The notes under the pieces were generated by a model. That model saw only the letters and a program-made list of their open reading frames with translations, made no database searches and was not told where the DNA came from. Below, in pieces: positions 38,554 to 50,580 of a DNA stretch of 64,000 nt. This DNA is from Eledone cirrhosa (taxonomy: Eukaryota). The DNA lies in the NCBI GenBank assembly GCA_964016885.1, contig OZ024742.1:202058001-202122000 (forward strand), read 5' to 3'. Position numbers and translations under genes: made by a program. How positions within the stretch are numbered: the stretch's first letter is position 1; the number at the start of each line of letters is the position of its first letter.

Positions 38554-41030
38554 TTGTTGTTGTTGTTAGTGTTGATGGTGGTGTCGGCGGTTGTCGTGGT
38601 TGTCGTGGTGATGGTGATGTTGGTGGTGGTAGTGGTGGTGGTGGTGGTGGTGTTGGCGGTTGTCGTGGTTGTCGTGGTGATGGTGATGTTGGTGGTGGTG
38701 GTGGTGGTGGTGGTGGTGGTGTTGGCGGTTGTCGTGGTTGTCGTGGTGATGGTGATGTTGGTGGTGGTGTTGCTGGTGTTCGTGGTTGTCGTGGTGGCGA
38801 TGGTTTTGGCGATGGTATTGGCGGTTGTGGCGGTAGCGATGGTGGTGTTGGTGGTTGTCGTGGTGGCGATGGTGTTGGCGATGGTGTTGGCGGTTGTGGC
38901 GGTAGCGATGGTGGTGTTGGTGGTTGTCGTGGTGGCGATGGTGGCGATGGTGTTGGCGGTTGTGGCGGTAGCGATGGTGGTGTTGGTGGTTGTCGTGGTG
39001 GCGATGGTGGCGATGGTGTTGGCGGTTGTGGCGGTGGCGATGGTGGTGTTGGTGGTTGTCGTGGTGGCGATGGTGGCGATGGTGTTGGCGGTTGTGGCGG
39101 TGGCGATGGTGGTGTTGGTGGTTGTCGTGGTGGCGATGGTGGTGGTGGTGTTGGCGGTTGTCGTGGTGGCGATGGTGGTGTTGGCGGTTGTCGTGGTGGC
39201 GATGGTGGTGTTGGTGGTTGTCGTGGTGGCGATGGTGGTGGTGGTGTTGGCGGTTGTGGCGGTGGCGATGGTGGTGTTGGTGGTTGTCGTGGTGGCGATG
39301 GTGGTGGTGGTGTTGGCGGTTGTGGCGGTGGCGATGGTGGTGTTGGTGGTTGTCGTGGTGGCGATGGTGGTGGTGGTGGTGGCGATGGTGGTGTTGGTGC
39401 TTGTCGTGGTGGCGATGGTGGTGGTGATGGTGTTGGCGGTTGTGGTGGTGGCAATGGTGGTGTTGGCGGTTGTCGTGGTGGCGATGGTGGTGGTGGTGGT
39501 TGTTGTTGTTATTGTTAGTGTTGATGGTGGTGTCGGTGGTTGTGGTGGCGGCGGTGATGGTGGTGGCGATGGTGGTGTTGGCGGTTGTGGTGGTGGCGAT
39601 GGTGGTGGTGGTGTTGGCGGTTGTGGTGGTGGCGATGGTGGTGTTGGTGGTTGTCGTGGTGGCGATGGTGGTGGTGGTGTTGGCGGTTGTGGTGGTGGCG
39701 ATGGTGGTGTTGGTGGTTGTCGTGGTGGCGATGGTGGTGGTGGTGGTTGTTGTTGTTATTGTTAGTGTTGATGGTGGTGTCGGTGGTTGTGGTGGCGGCG
39801 GTGATGGTGGTGGCGATGGTGGTGTTGGCGGTTGTGGTGGTGGCGATGGTGGTGGTGTTGTTGTTGTTGTTGTTAGTGGTGGCGGTGTTGGCGGTTGTGG
39901 TGGTGGTGGTGGTAGTGGTGGTGGTGGTGGTGGTTGTGGTGGTGGTGGTGGCGATGGTGGTGGTGATGATGGACGGTGGTGGTGGTGGTGGTGGTGGTGG
40001 CGATGGTGGTGGTGATGATGGACGGTGGTAGTGATGGTGGTTGTGGCGGTGGTGTTAGTAGTGGTGGTGGTGGTGATGGTGTTGGTGGTGATGATGGTGC
40101 TTGTGGTTGGTGGTGGCATAGGTAGTTGTGGTGGTCGTGGTGGTAGTGGTGGTTGTAGTGATGGTGGTGGTGGCGGTGGTGTTAGTAGTGGTGGTGGTGG
40201 TGATGGTGTTGGTGGTGATGATGGTGCTTGTGGTTGGTGGTGGCATAGGTGGTTGTGGTGGTGGTGGTGGTAGTGGTGGTTGTAGTGATGGTGGTGGTGG
40301 CGGTGGTGTTAGTAGTGGTGGTGGTGGTGATGGTGTTGGTGGTGGTGATGATGGTGCTTGTGGTTGGTGGTGGCATAGGTGGTTGTGGTTGTGGTGATGG
40401 CGGTGATTGGGGTGCTTGTGTTGGTGGTGGTTGTGTTGGTGGTGGTTGTGGTGGTGTTGGTGGTGGTGATGGTGGTGGCGGTGCTGTTGGTGGTGATGGT
40501 GGAGACGGTGATGATGGTTGTGGTGGTGTAGGTGGTTGTGCTGGTGGTGGTGGTTGCGGTGGTGGTGATGGTTTATGGTGATGGTTTATGGTGATGGTCG
40601 AGGTGGTGGTGGTTATGGCGGTGTTGGGTTGGTGGTGGTGATGGTGGTGATGGTGCTGGTGGTGGTGGAGACGGTGGTGATGGTTGTGGTGGTGGTGTAG
40701 GTGGTTGTGCTGGTGGTGGTGGTTGCGGTGGTGGTGATGGTGGTGGTGGTGATGGTGGAGGTGGTGGTGGTGGTTATGGTGGTGTTGGGTTGGTGGTGGT
40801 AATGGTGGTGGTGATGGTGGAGACGGTGGTTATGGTTGTGGTGGTGGTGTAGGTGGTTGTTCTGGTGGTGGTGGTTGCGGTGGTGGTGATGGTGGTGGTG
40901 GTGGTGATGGTGAAGGTGGTGCTGGTGGTGGTGATGGTTGAGATGTAGGTGGTTGCGGTGGTGGTGATGGTGGTGGTGGTGATGGTAGAGATGGTGGTGA
41001 TGCTGGTGGTGGTGGTGGTGGTGGTGGTCT
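38554..41030. repeat. 2.5-kb (GGT)n-derived triplet-periodic satellite with higher-order units
   Basis: Built from GGT/GGC/GAT/GTT/TGT/CGT triplets; recurring 24-57-bp, ~120-bp and ~249-bp units. Confidence 0.95.
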
Positions 41031-41274
41031 TGGAAATGTAACTATTGTATTATTTGTGTTGTTGTTGTTGTTGCTTTATTAATGTTAAATTGATATTTAG
41101 GTATAAATAAGTTCGCGATATTTATTTAATTTACAAATTGTGAATTAGAAATTTTTCCCGATATTTAACAACACATACACAAACACATACACCCATACAC
41201 CGATTAGCATACACACCGAGACACACTCACACATCCACACACCGACACACACATGCAAATACACACACACACAC

Positions 41275-41311
<37 letters not shown>

Positions 41312-41449
41312 AACACAATGATATTAAATTTAATATCATTGAATATTGTACTCCAGAAAATCTTTCGAGTACTCTGAATCAGTTATAAACATTTATATAC
41401 ATATATTTAATCAATGAAAATATCATGAAAAAAGTATTCATCTTCTATG

Positions 41450-41527
41450 TATTTTATCTGTGGAGGACATGTTTTGCTTTACGCTATACATAAAACTTGA
41501 CATCTTTGAAATATATATAATGAAATA
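41450..41527 (+). ncRNA. Degenerate hammerhead ribozyme (family E-like)
   Basis: tattttat-CTGTGGA...GAA-ATATATAT-A-atgaaata. Confidence 0.55.
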
Positions 41528-42385
41528 AATAGAGATGATATAAAGTATATATTTTTCGTTTATTACTATTATTATACATATGTTTATTCATATATATGCT
41601 TTTATGGATGTGTGTGTGTATGTGTTTATTGAGTGTGCGTATATAGGTAAGTAGGTACATAGATAAGATGTTACGAACAATGAATTGTAAGACCATTATT
41701 CAACTTAATACATTGCAGTTTAAGAAACATAGAGTGAAGATATTATGTAAAACATTTACGGTCTACGGTGAAGGAGAACAATTCATGGACACGAACCATC
41801 CATCCCTGACAAAACCAGTTGAAAACATTCTATATTTAAAGAAAAAATATCAAGCAAATAATTCAAATGAAGCGTCAGACCCACGTGGCTTCCGCTTGCA
41901 ATTGTTTAGATCAAGGTTTTCGGTACAAGGAAAACTTTTAACCTGCTTCCCTCCCACTAATCTCAGATGCTTTGTAAAAACTCATCAACACTGATCCTCC
42001 GACTCTTAACAAAACAGTAAATACAAAAACAAAACAAACAAAAAATGGCGTCAGCTGTCATGGCGGACATACGCAACATACCGTATACTTGTCTGGACAG
42101 GTTATCATGTCAGACAGCTGAACGAATGAATGTACACTAATTGAAACCAGGTCGGGTGGAAATGAGGTGGTGGAGGAGAGAATTAGTATAGATTAACATT
42201 ATTGTTAATCTATGGCTCTTTGTTGCATTTGATAATCAGCAAATTATATTTGCCACTACATGTCCTAACGGAGAAAATAACTGAAGATAAAGGAGAAGTT
42301 AAATATAGCCTTATATTTATGGGTATTTACGGTGGTTGTCTGTCGGTGTGCATGTCTATGCGGTATGTAATAAGCCTATATATAT

Positions 42386-42587
42386 CCCTTACCACACTTA
42401 CTTTGTTATATATAACAAGGAAAGTGTGGTAAGGGACCAGGTGGACCGTAACGCACCAGAATACTCGATACTTAAGGTAGTAGAGTGGGTATTAGGAAAA
42501 GCGTCAGGACCCTGACGGCTTCGCTCCGCCCATTTCGACAGCTAGATCCGGAGCTCAGCTTTCGGGGTCCTGACTCTTTTCCTATAA
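42386..42587. mobile_element. Family B pLTR fragment with two inversions
   Basis: Tail-to-tail palindrome 42386-42435 centred on TATATA; short inverted arm ~42550-42587. Confidence 0.75.
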
Positions 42588-43983
42588 AGAGACTGTTTAC
42601 ATAATTGCGAACGAATCGAATATTATTATTAATATTCGAAAAACTCAGAATACACACACACACACATATACACATATATTTATACATATACATATATATA
42701 TTTATACATATGTATAAGTTTGATATTGACAGTCACAAAAGTGAGAAGTACTCAATACGTCCTGTTACTTTAGAGTGTTTCCCCATGGTCGACAGAGAGA
42801 TTAAGAGAGCGTTTGTATGTTCACTATATGACTTCTCTGTGGCACATTTAACAATTTTTCATCTGAACTTCAATGTAGCAGAATCGAAAATCCTATAATA
42901 AAGTCTCATAGACACTCAAACAAACATATATTTATATATGTTTGGATGTGTGTATGTGTGTATGTAAGTGTACATGCACTTATATGCATGCACATATATG
43001 CACATATATGCATACATATGTATATATAAGTGTATATATAGATGCATATATAGGTAAGTGTGCATGTGAGTGTGTATGTGAATATGTGTGTGTACATGCA
43101 TGTATATATATATATGAATATTTATGTAAATATGTGTGTGTATTCCGAATGACACGATTCTAGGCTGTAGAAGCCATTTATATATATATATATATATATA
43201 TATACAATATTAAATAAATGGAAACTATATTTATAAAACCATATTTATTTCATTATATATATGTCAGGGATATCATATTAACAATATGCTATGCCTTCCT
43301 CAGACAAAATACAATATAAACAGTTTTATAGATAAATAGATTTGACATACCGTAACAACATCGACTTGTATTTGAAAAGTTGAATTGGCAGTGAAAAGAT
43401 TGTACACAGAGAGAAAGAAAGAGAGAAAAAAAGGAAAGAAAGACAGAAAACGAAGAAAAAGAAGAAAAAAGAAGAAATGCATGGAACAAAATAGAGAGAT
43501 GGAAAGATAGATAAAGAGAAGAACTTCATGTAAAGAAACAGAGAGAGATATATATATATAGAGAGAGAGGAAATAGAGATAGATACATATATATAGAAAA
43601 CCAGGTAGTGGGACGTCCGTTGAGTAAACGTATCAATGATACATTTATTTATTTATTTATTTATTTAGCTCTAGTATTAATGTAAGGGAGATATATGTGG
43701 TTAGGATAGAAACCAGCTGTTATATAGAGAGAAAAATAAAAAATAAAAAATAACCAGACATAGGCGAGGCATAAAAACCCTATGTTTTAATGTAGAGGTA
43801 TTAGTATGTATAAAATAAAAACCAGTCACTACATTGTAAATATCAGTATTCCTGAATGAGACATGTATCCACAATGTGTGAAAAGTAATGATCTTATGTT
43901 TAGTTTTTTTTTTAAATTCATATGTTTATATGATAACTACAAACATCTATGTGAATTTACATGATCAACTCTGCAAACCCTAA

Positions 43984-45358
43984 TTGACCTAACTAGCAAT
44001 GAAATGCATATTATATTATCGGCTAGGAAAACTTTGATAGAATTTAATGACCAACTATGGACCAGAGCAGATAGAGATAGCAATTTTGACATTACTATGG
44101 GATCATCCGACTCAGCTCAGGTAACTGACCTTGTGGGCTTATTTTTAATCAATTCGCTACATAGGAAAATACCTGGTACTACCGGAGGTTTATATAGAGA
44201 TGACATGCTTTTACTTATTGATAATAATAACTCTGAACTAAATAGAAAATGTAAACAAATTACACAATTTTTTAATTACTTTAATCTTAAAATAGAAATT
44301 GAGAACAACCATAGAATAGTCAATTTCCTAGATATAACATTAAATCTCAACACATGTCTTCACTATCCTTTTCACAAGTTGAATGAAAACTTAAACTATG
44401 TCAACTTTAACTCTAACCACCCCAGATCTGTCAAAAACACTATAGTAAACTCTGTTCAAAAACGTATCTCTAGGATCTCGTCGAATAGAAAGATTTTCGA
44501 CGAAAAAGCCCAATACTACAATGAAGCATTAGCTAGAGCAGGATATGCTGATAAGATTATGTACATAGATAATGATAGACAAACTAAACAAAATAACAAC
44601 TATTTTAATTACGGCAACAACCTTAACAACTATAATAGAAAGCATTACAATAATTCCAAAGGCCAAAAAAGAAATAGAACTAGGAACATAATTTGGTTTG
44701 CCCCCCCCCCCCGTTCTCACTAAACATTAAAACCCACATCGCTAAACTATTTTTTAAAGCTCTTGATAATCGCTTCCCTAGAACACATAGGTATCACTCA
44801 ATTTTCAATAGACATACAATAAAATTAACCTACTCATCCACCAAAAATTTAGCACAAAATATTAATAGAATAAATAATAGGAACTTAAAACCTAGTGATA
44901 ATAGCATAAATAATATACAAGTTAACAAATGTAACTGTAGAGATAGATCTAAATGTCCGTTAAATAACAACTGCTTAGTTAAAAATATAGTATACAATTG
45001 TAATGTTAAAACTGACTCTAATTCTTTTAACTACGTCGGTTCCACATCGACGGAATTTAAACTTCGCTATAATAACCACAAGAATTCTTTCACAGATCCA
45101 AGCAAAAAATCTTCAACGGCACTATCAGGCGTACTCTGGCAACTTAAGCTAGATAACGTTAGATATTCGACGGCTTGGAATATAGTCTCAAGAGGGATTC
45201 CTTTTAATTCATCCTCTGAGACATGTGACCTCTGCGCAGAGGAGATATTCTTTATACTAAAATCTAAAAATTCCCTTAATCTACGGACAAATTTATTCAG
45301 TTGCTGCAAACATAGATTAAACTCAACGTTTAAATATAAATTTAAATTTAAAATGTAG
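43984..45358 (+). pseudogene. PLE reverse transcriptase-GIY-YIG endonuclease, 5'-truncated, one frameshift in the C12 run at 44701-44712
   Basis: FDITMGSSD, GLYRDD, NFLDITL, SNHP, WFAPPF, CNCRDRSKCPLNNNC, IVY..YVGST..FKLRYNNH, CDLCAEE, CKH. Confidence 0.95.
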
Positions 45359-46742
45359 TATATTTAGTTTGATTTATAATTATATGGGAAACTAGCCGAT
45401 AAATCTTTGATTTCTTCTTTTTCTTCTTTTTATTTTTATTTTTATTTTTATTTAAACATTCTTCATGAAAAATTAAGCTACCCTAAAAGTTGATGCTCCA
45501 AATATTTCGAATAAACGTTACACTAGATAAACTTCTATATTAAATATAAGAACACATGTAGACCAAATGGGCATCCTAAACTTTTTGAAATGATCTTTGC
45601 TAGATGCGATTTGATAAATAATTTTTGGCTTTATCTGTTTTTCGACTCTGATGCTTATAATGAACTTGGCAATATATTGTCAATTAATTTTGAAGGGTTG
45701 ATCTTTGTGGTTTATTTTTATTATTGTAGTATTTTCTAATATTTTTATTTTTAATATTTTTAATATGTAATATTTTTAATATGTAATATTCTTTCGTAAT
45801 ATTTTTTAGTTTTCTATTTTATTATTACTTATTATTATTATTATTGTTATTTTTTATTTTTTGGTTTTGTTTCTGATATATATTTTTATGTTTTTATTAG
45901 TATATTGAAATCTGCTCTCTATTTCTGCTTGATAGATAATCTTGTAGAGTAAAGACAGGAATAGTAGTAATATTGACTCTATATATATCTGTGTGTATAT
46001 ATATACACATATATGTATACTTAAATTTTTATAGCACAATGAGAATGTTTTCCGTGAACTTAGGGTTTGCAGAGTTGATCATGTAAATTCACATAGATGT
46101 TTGTAGTTATCACATAAACATATGATTTTTTTAAAAAAACTAAACATAAGATCATTACTTTTCACACATTGTGGATACATGTCTCATTCAGGAATACTGA
46201 TATTTACAATGTAGTGACTGGTTTTTATTTTATACATACTAATACCTCTACATTAAAACATAGGGTTTTTATGCCTCGCCTATGTCTGGTTATTTTTTAT
46301 TTTTTATTTTTCTCTCTATATAACAGCTGGTTTCTATCCTAACCACATATATCTCCCTTACATTAATACTAGAGCTAAATAAATAAATAAATAAATAAAT
46401 GTATCATTGATACGTTTACTCAACGGACGTCCCACTACCTGGTTTTCTATATATATGTATCTATCTCTATTTCCTCTCTCTCTATATATATATATCTCTC
46501 TCTGTTTCTTTACATGAAGTTCTTCTCTTTATCTATCTTTCCATCTCTCTATTTTGTTCCATGCATTTCTTCTTTTTTCTTCTTTTTTTTCTTCTTTTTC
46601 TTCGTTTTCTGTCTTTCTTTCCTTTTTTCTCTCTTTCTTTCTCTCTGTGTACAATCTTTTCACTGCCAATTCAACTTTTCAAATACAAGTCGATGTTGTT
46701 ACGGTATGTCAAATCTATTTATCTATAAAACTGTTTATATTG

Positions 46743-46808
46743 TATTTTGTCTGAGGAAGGCATAGCATATTGTTAATATGATATCCCTGAAATATATATA
46801 ATGAAATA
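46743..46808 (+). ncRNA. Minimal type I hammerhead ribozyme in the 3' pLTR
   Basis: tattttgt-CTGAGGA-aggcatagcatatt gtt aatatgatatccct-GAA-ATATATAT-A-atgaaata; the inverted copy near 43246-43311 has GAAA>GACA. Confidence 0.85.
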
Positions 46809-46964
46809 AATATGGTTTTATAAATATAGTTTCCATTTATTTAATATTGTAAATATACTCCAAATACTTGTCGAGTGCTTTTATATCAGTTATAAATATT
46901 TACTAGTTGTAACCCAACAATTTAAATATAACTTTCCATATATATATATATATATATATACATG

Positions 46965-47108
46965 TATAATATAAGATCAAAAGATGGTTAAAAGAGTTAT
47001 AAGCATTTTATTATGCGCATTACAAAATCAAATATCGTCATGGGGTGATATCTGCATTCACATCAGATAAAATAGGGATACATGATATGAAGCTTAAAAA
47101 ACACTTGT
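46965..47108 (-). mobile_element. Family F pLTR fragment (degenerate HHR)
   Basis: Homologous to 32148-32292. Confidence 0.8.
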
Positions 47109-47200
47109 GAATAGTGTATATATATACTGAGAGAAAAGCACGAAAATATATTTTAGCTCTGGTTTCTTTATTTCCTTTCTTTGATTCGTCAAAGTAACAT

Positions 47201-47232
<32 letters not shown>

Positions 47233-47519
47233 GAGAAGAAAGAAGAATACTGCGTGGTTGCACATGGGTTACATATGATATATATATATATATAAACAAT
47301 TAAGTTAAAAATGTACATCTACATATGCATACTGAAATACTAGTATGCATATGAATACACACACGTATACATATGTAGATGTAACAAGTCTTTCACTGGT
47401 TACTTTACTGTGAGTAACCCAGCTATTCTGTATGTAAACACACAGACAAACCGGTTTTTAGAGTCATACTGGTTTTCGAGGAAACACCTTTCCTCTATTC
47501 TCCAGAAAGCCAGACAAGG

Positions 47520-47564
47520 AATATTGAACTAGTTTCGTTGTTGTTACAACTCATCAGCAATATT
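47520..47564 (-). ncRNA. Minimal type I hammerhead ribozyme
   Basis: Reverse complement of 48385-48429. Confidence 0.92.
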
Positions 47565-47986
47565 TACCTATCTACCGGCCTTTCTGGAGAATCGTAAAAG
47601 CACATATCGTTATATGCTTTTTCTATGAAAATTAGTAGTGGGCAGACTAATTTGCATAGAGTGTGAGTACGCACCGGTTCAGCGGAGACGATAAAAACAA
47701 ATAACGAAACGAAATTAAATTTCGTTTCGTTTCTAACTCACTTTTGTATGACTGACGCTTAAACAATTAAGTTAAAAATGTACATCTACATATGCATACT
47801 GAAATACTAGTATGCATATGAATACACACACGTATACATATGTAGATGTAACAAGTCTTTCACTGGTTACTTTACTGTGAGTAACCCAGCTATTCTGTAT
47901 GTAAACACACAGACAAACCGGTTTTTAGAGTCATACTGGTTTTCGAGGAAACACCTTTCCTCTATTCACCAGAAAGCCAGACAAGG

Positions 47987-48031
47987 AATATTGAACTAGT
48001 TTCGTTGTTGTTACAACTCATCAGCAATATT
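47987..48031 (-). ncRNA. Minimal type I hammerhead ribozyme
   Basis: Reverse complement of 48385-48429. Confidence 0.92.
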
Positions 48032-48384
48032 TACCTATCTACCAGCCTTTCTGGAGAATCGTAAAAGCACATATCGTTATATGCTTTTCTATGAAAATTA
48101 GTAGTGGGCAGACTAATTTGCATAGAGTTTGAGTACGCACCGGTTCAGCGGAGACGATAAAAACAAATAACGAAACGAAAATAAAGTTTAAGCGTCAGTC
48201 ATACAAAAGTGAGTTACAAACGAAACGAAATTTAATTTCGTTTCGTTATTTGTTTTTATCGTCTCCGCTGAACCGGTGCGTACTCAAACTCTATGCAAAT
48301 TAGTCTGCCCACTACTAATTTTCATAGAAAAGCATATAACGATATGTGCTTTTACGATTCTCCAGAAAGGCTGGTAGATAGGTA

Positions 48385-48429
48385 AATATTGCTGATGAGT
48401 TGTAACAACAACGAAACTAGTTCAATATT
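48385..48429 (+). ncRNA. Minimal type I hammerhead ribozyme
   Basis: aatattg-CTGATGA-gttgt aaca acaac-GAA-ACTAGT-T-caatatt; stems I and II perfectly paired. Confidence 0.93.
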
Positions 48430-48841
48430 CCTTGTCTGGCTTTCTGGTGAATAGAGGAAAGGTGTTTCCTCGAAAACCAGTATGACTCTAAAAACCGGTT
48501 TGTCTGTGTGTTTACATACAGAATAGCTGGGTTACTCACAGTAAAGTAACCAGTGAAAGACTTGTTACATCTACATATGTATACGTGTGTGTATTCATAT
48601 GCATACTAGTATTTCAGTATGCATATGTAGATGTACATTTTTAACTTAATTGTTTAAGCGTCAGTCATACAAAAGTGAGTTACAAACGAAACGAAATTTA
48701 ATTTCGTTTCGTTATTTGTTTTTATATATATATATATATATATATATACAGAGAGAGAGAGAGAGAGAGAGAGAGTGTGTGTGTGTGTCCGTATACATAT
48801 ACATATCTATCTATCTATCTATATATATATATGTATATATA

Positions 48842-49277
48842 TAACCAAAGATTAATATGGTTCATTGATTACTCAATGAATATAGTTTTACAATAGATTA
48901 AAAGCACTCTACATGAAGTTTTCTGGAGTTATTAATATTATTCAGAATATTAATAAATTAAGACATTCACATAATCAAAATATATGTTTTATTATATATA
49001 TTTTGAAGGTGCTGTGTTGTTTTTTTCAGTACGTCCTCGTCAGATAAAATACATAAATTGGTGTATGACATACCTCAACGGTCTTGATGGTTAAATTCCA
49101 GTATTGACTGCCAATACTGAAATTGAACCATCAAGACCGTTGAGGTATGTCATACATCAATTCATGTATTTTATCTGACGAGGACGAACTGAAAAAAACA
49201 ACACAGCACCTTCGAAATATATATAATAAAACATATATTTTTATTATGTAAATGTCTTCAGTTATTAATATTCTGAA

Positions 49278-49285
<8 letters not shown>
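48842..49285. mobile_element. Fold-back HHR element (174-bp arms)
   Basis: 48933-49106 is an imperfect reverse complement of 49112-49285; unique tail 48842-48932. Confidence 0.88.
49167..49233 (+). ncRNA. Minimal type I hammerhead ribozyme
   Basis: tattttat-CTGACGA-gga..ctg...cag..ttc-GAA-ATATATAT-A-ataaaaca. Confidence 0.78.
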
Positions 49286-49337
<52 letters not shown>

Positions 49338-49919
49338 TATATATATATATATATGAGTGTGTGCGTATATACTAACATCTATGTGTATATACAAATATAA
49401 TTACCACACGACTCACCGTATGTTTACGTCTGACGTCACTAAATATTATCGTCTTTTATTCTCCAGCTATTTTTTTACTAACACTTTATTGATTGTTTTC
49501 TAAGTAAATCTCTAAATCGCACCACTGTATGTCAACATGTCAATCAACTTTGTCTCTTTACATATAGCTGGAGAGATTCACAAGAATTTCGCTGAAACAC
49601 GCGTATCATAAATTAACTGTTTTAAACATTTAGTTGAATTACGAATCATTGGGAATATAGAATTTTGGAAATGTACGTTTCTGTTCATGTTTTTTCCATC
49701 TCCGGGATTATTTACTAGATTTCTTCAAATATCATATAGTGAACGATTTTTACTGTGACTTATTATAGACATTTGTTTTGTGCCGATTATAATTTCTTTC
49801 TTGGACTGATTTCCTGTTTGCATCACTGAGTCCAGATGCATCACTGATTTTTCGTTTTTTTATACTATATATATATATATATATATTCAATCTTATAAAT
49901 CACTGCGTGTATATGTGTA

Positions 49920-50037
49920 TAATTGTTCCTACTTTTGGCACAAGGCCAACAATAACCCAGTACATTACTGGTACTTTATTTTATCGACCCCGTAAGGATG
50001 ACAGGCAAAGTTGACCTCGGCGGGATTTGAACTCAGA
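49920..50037 (-). mobile_element. tRNA-SINE 3' part
   Basis: Matches consensus. Confidence 0.88.
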
Positions 50038-50204
50038 AATGTCTGTTCTGTGGTGTAAACCTGAATGACTATCTTTGTATTACGTGATGTTAGGCAGGTG
50101 TCCGCCATCATAACTTTACATCTGTCGGGTAAAATACTTTCAAATATTGATTATTATTGTAATTATGATTGACAGGAAGATCCCAGAAAGCCTGATTAAA
50201 TGAC

Positions 50205-50580
50205 AGATAGATAGATAGAGTGAGGGAGAGAGAGAGAGAAGAAGAAGAAGAAGAAGAAGAAGAAGAAGAAGAAGAAGAAGAAGGGCGAGGTGGATGGATT
50301 TGACGAGCGTTAGGTGGTGTTTGATGATGATGATGATGGGTGATGATGATGAGGATGATGGTGATGGCAATGATGGTGGTGATGATGGGGATGATGATGG
50401 TGAGGAGGAGGAGGAGGAGGAGGAGGAGGAGGAGGAGGAGGAGGAGGGTGAGGAGGAGGAGGAGGAAGAGGAGGAGGGTGAGGAGGAGGATGAGGAGGAG
50501 GAGGAGGGTGAGTAGGAGGAGAAGGAGGAATAAGAGGAGGAGGAGGAGGCGGAGGAGGAGTGGGGGAGGAGGGGGAGGTC
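50205..50580. repeat. Compound purine-rich microsatellite (GAA)n/(GAT)n/(GAG)n
   Basis: Direct reading. Confidence 0.95.

Larger units (their letters stand above)
43203..46940 (+). mobile_element. Young 5'-truncated Penelope-like element with ~780-bp inverted pLTR (family E)
   Basis: 43203-43983 is the near-identical reverse complement of 46060-46851; RT/GIY-YIG ORF between; (TA)n on both sides. Confidence 0.95.
47292..48725. mobile_element. Retrozyme-like element: ~467-bp HHR unit, ~1.9 tandem copies (minus) plus ~1.15 inverted copies (plus)
   Basis: Unit starts taaacaattaagttaaaaatg at 47292 and 47760; reverse-complement copies 48187-48725; no ORF; (TA)n on both sides. Confidence 0.92.

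Noticed and set aside
38498-40581. Long Pro-rich, Gly/Cys-rich, His-rich and Val-rich ORFs
   Set aside because: Open in several frames on both strands because of GGT periodicity; no unique domain or splice evidence.
44701-44712. Programmed frameshift between RT and endonuclease
   Set aside because: It lies in a C12 homopolymer within the normally continuous WFxPPF motif; slippage or a sequencing error is more likely.
43984-45358. Selenocysteine recoding as reported for some PLEs
   Set aside because: The conserved Cys positions are ordinary Cys codons here and in the GIY-YIG region of the 21020 element; no in-frame TGA at those sites.
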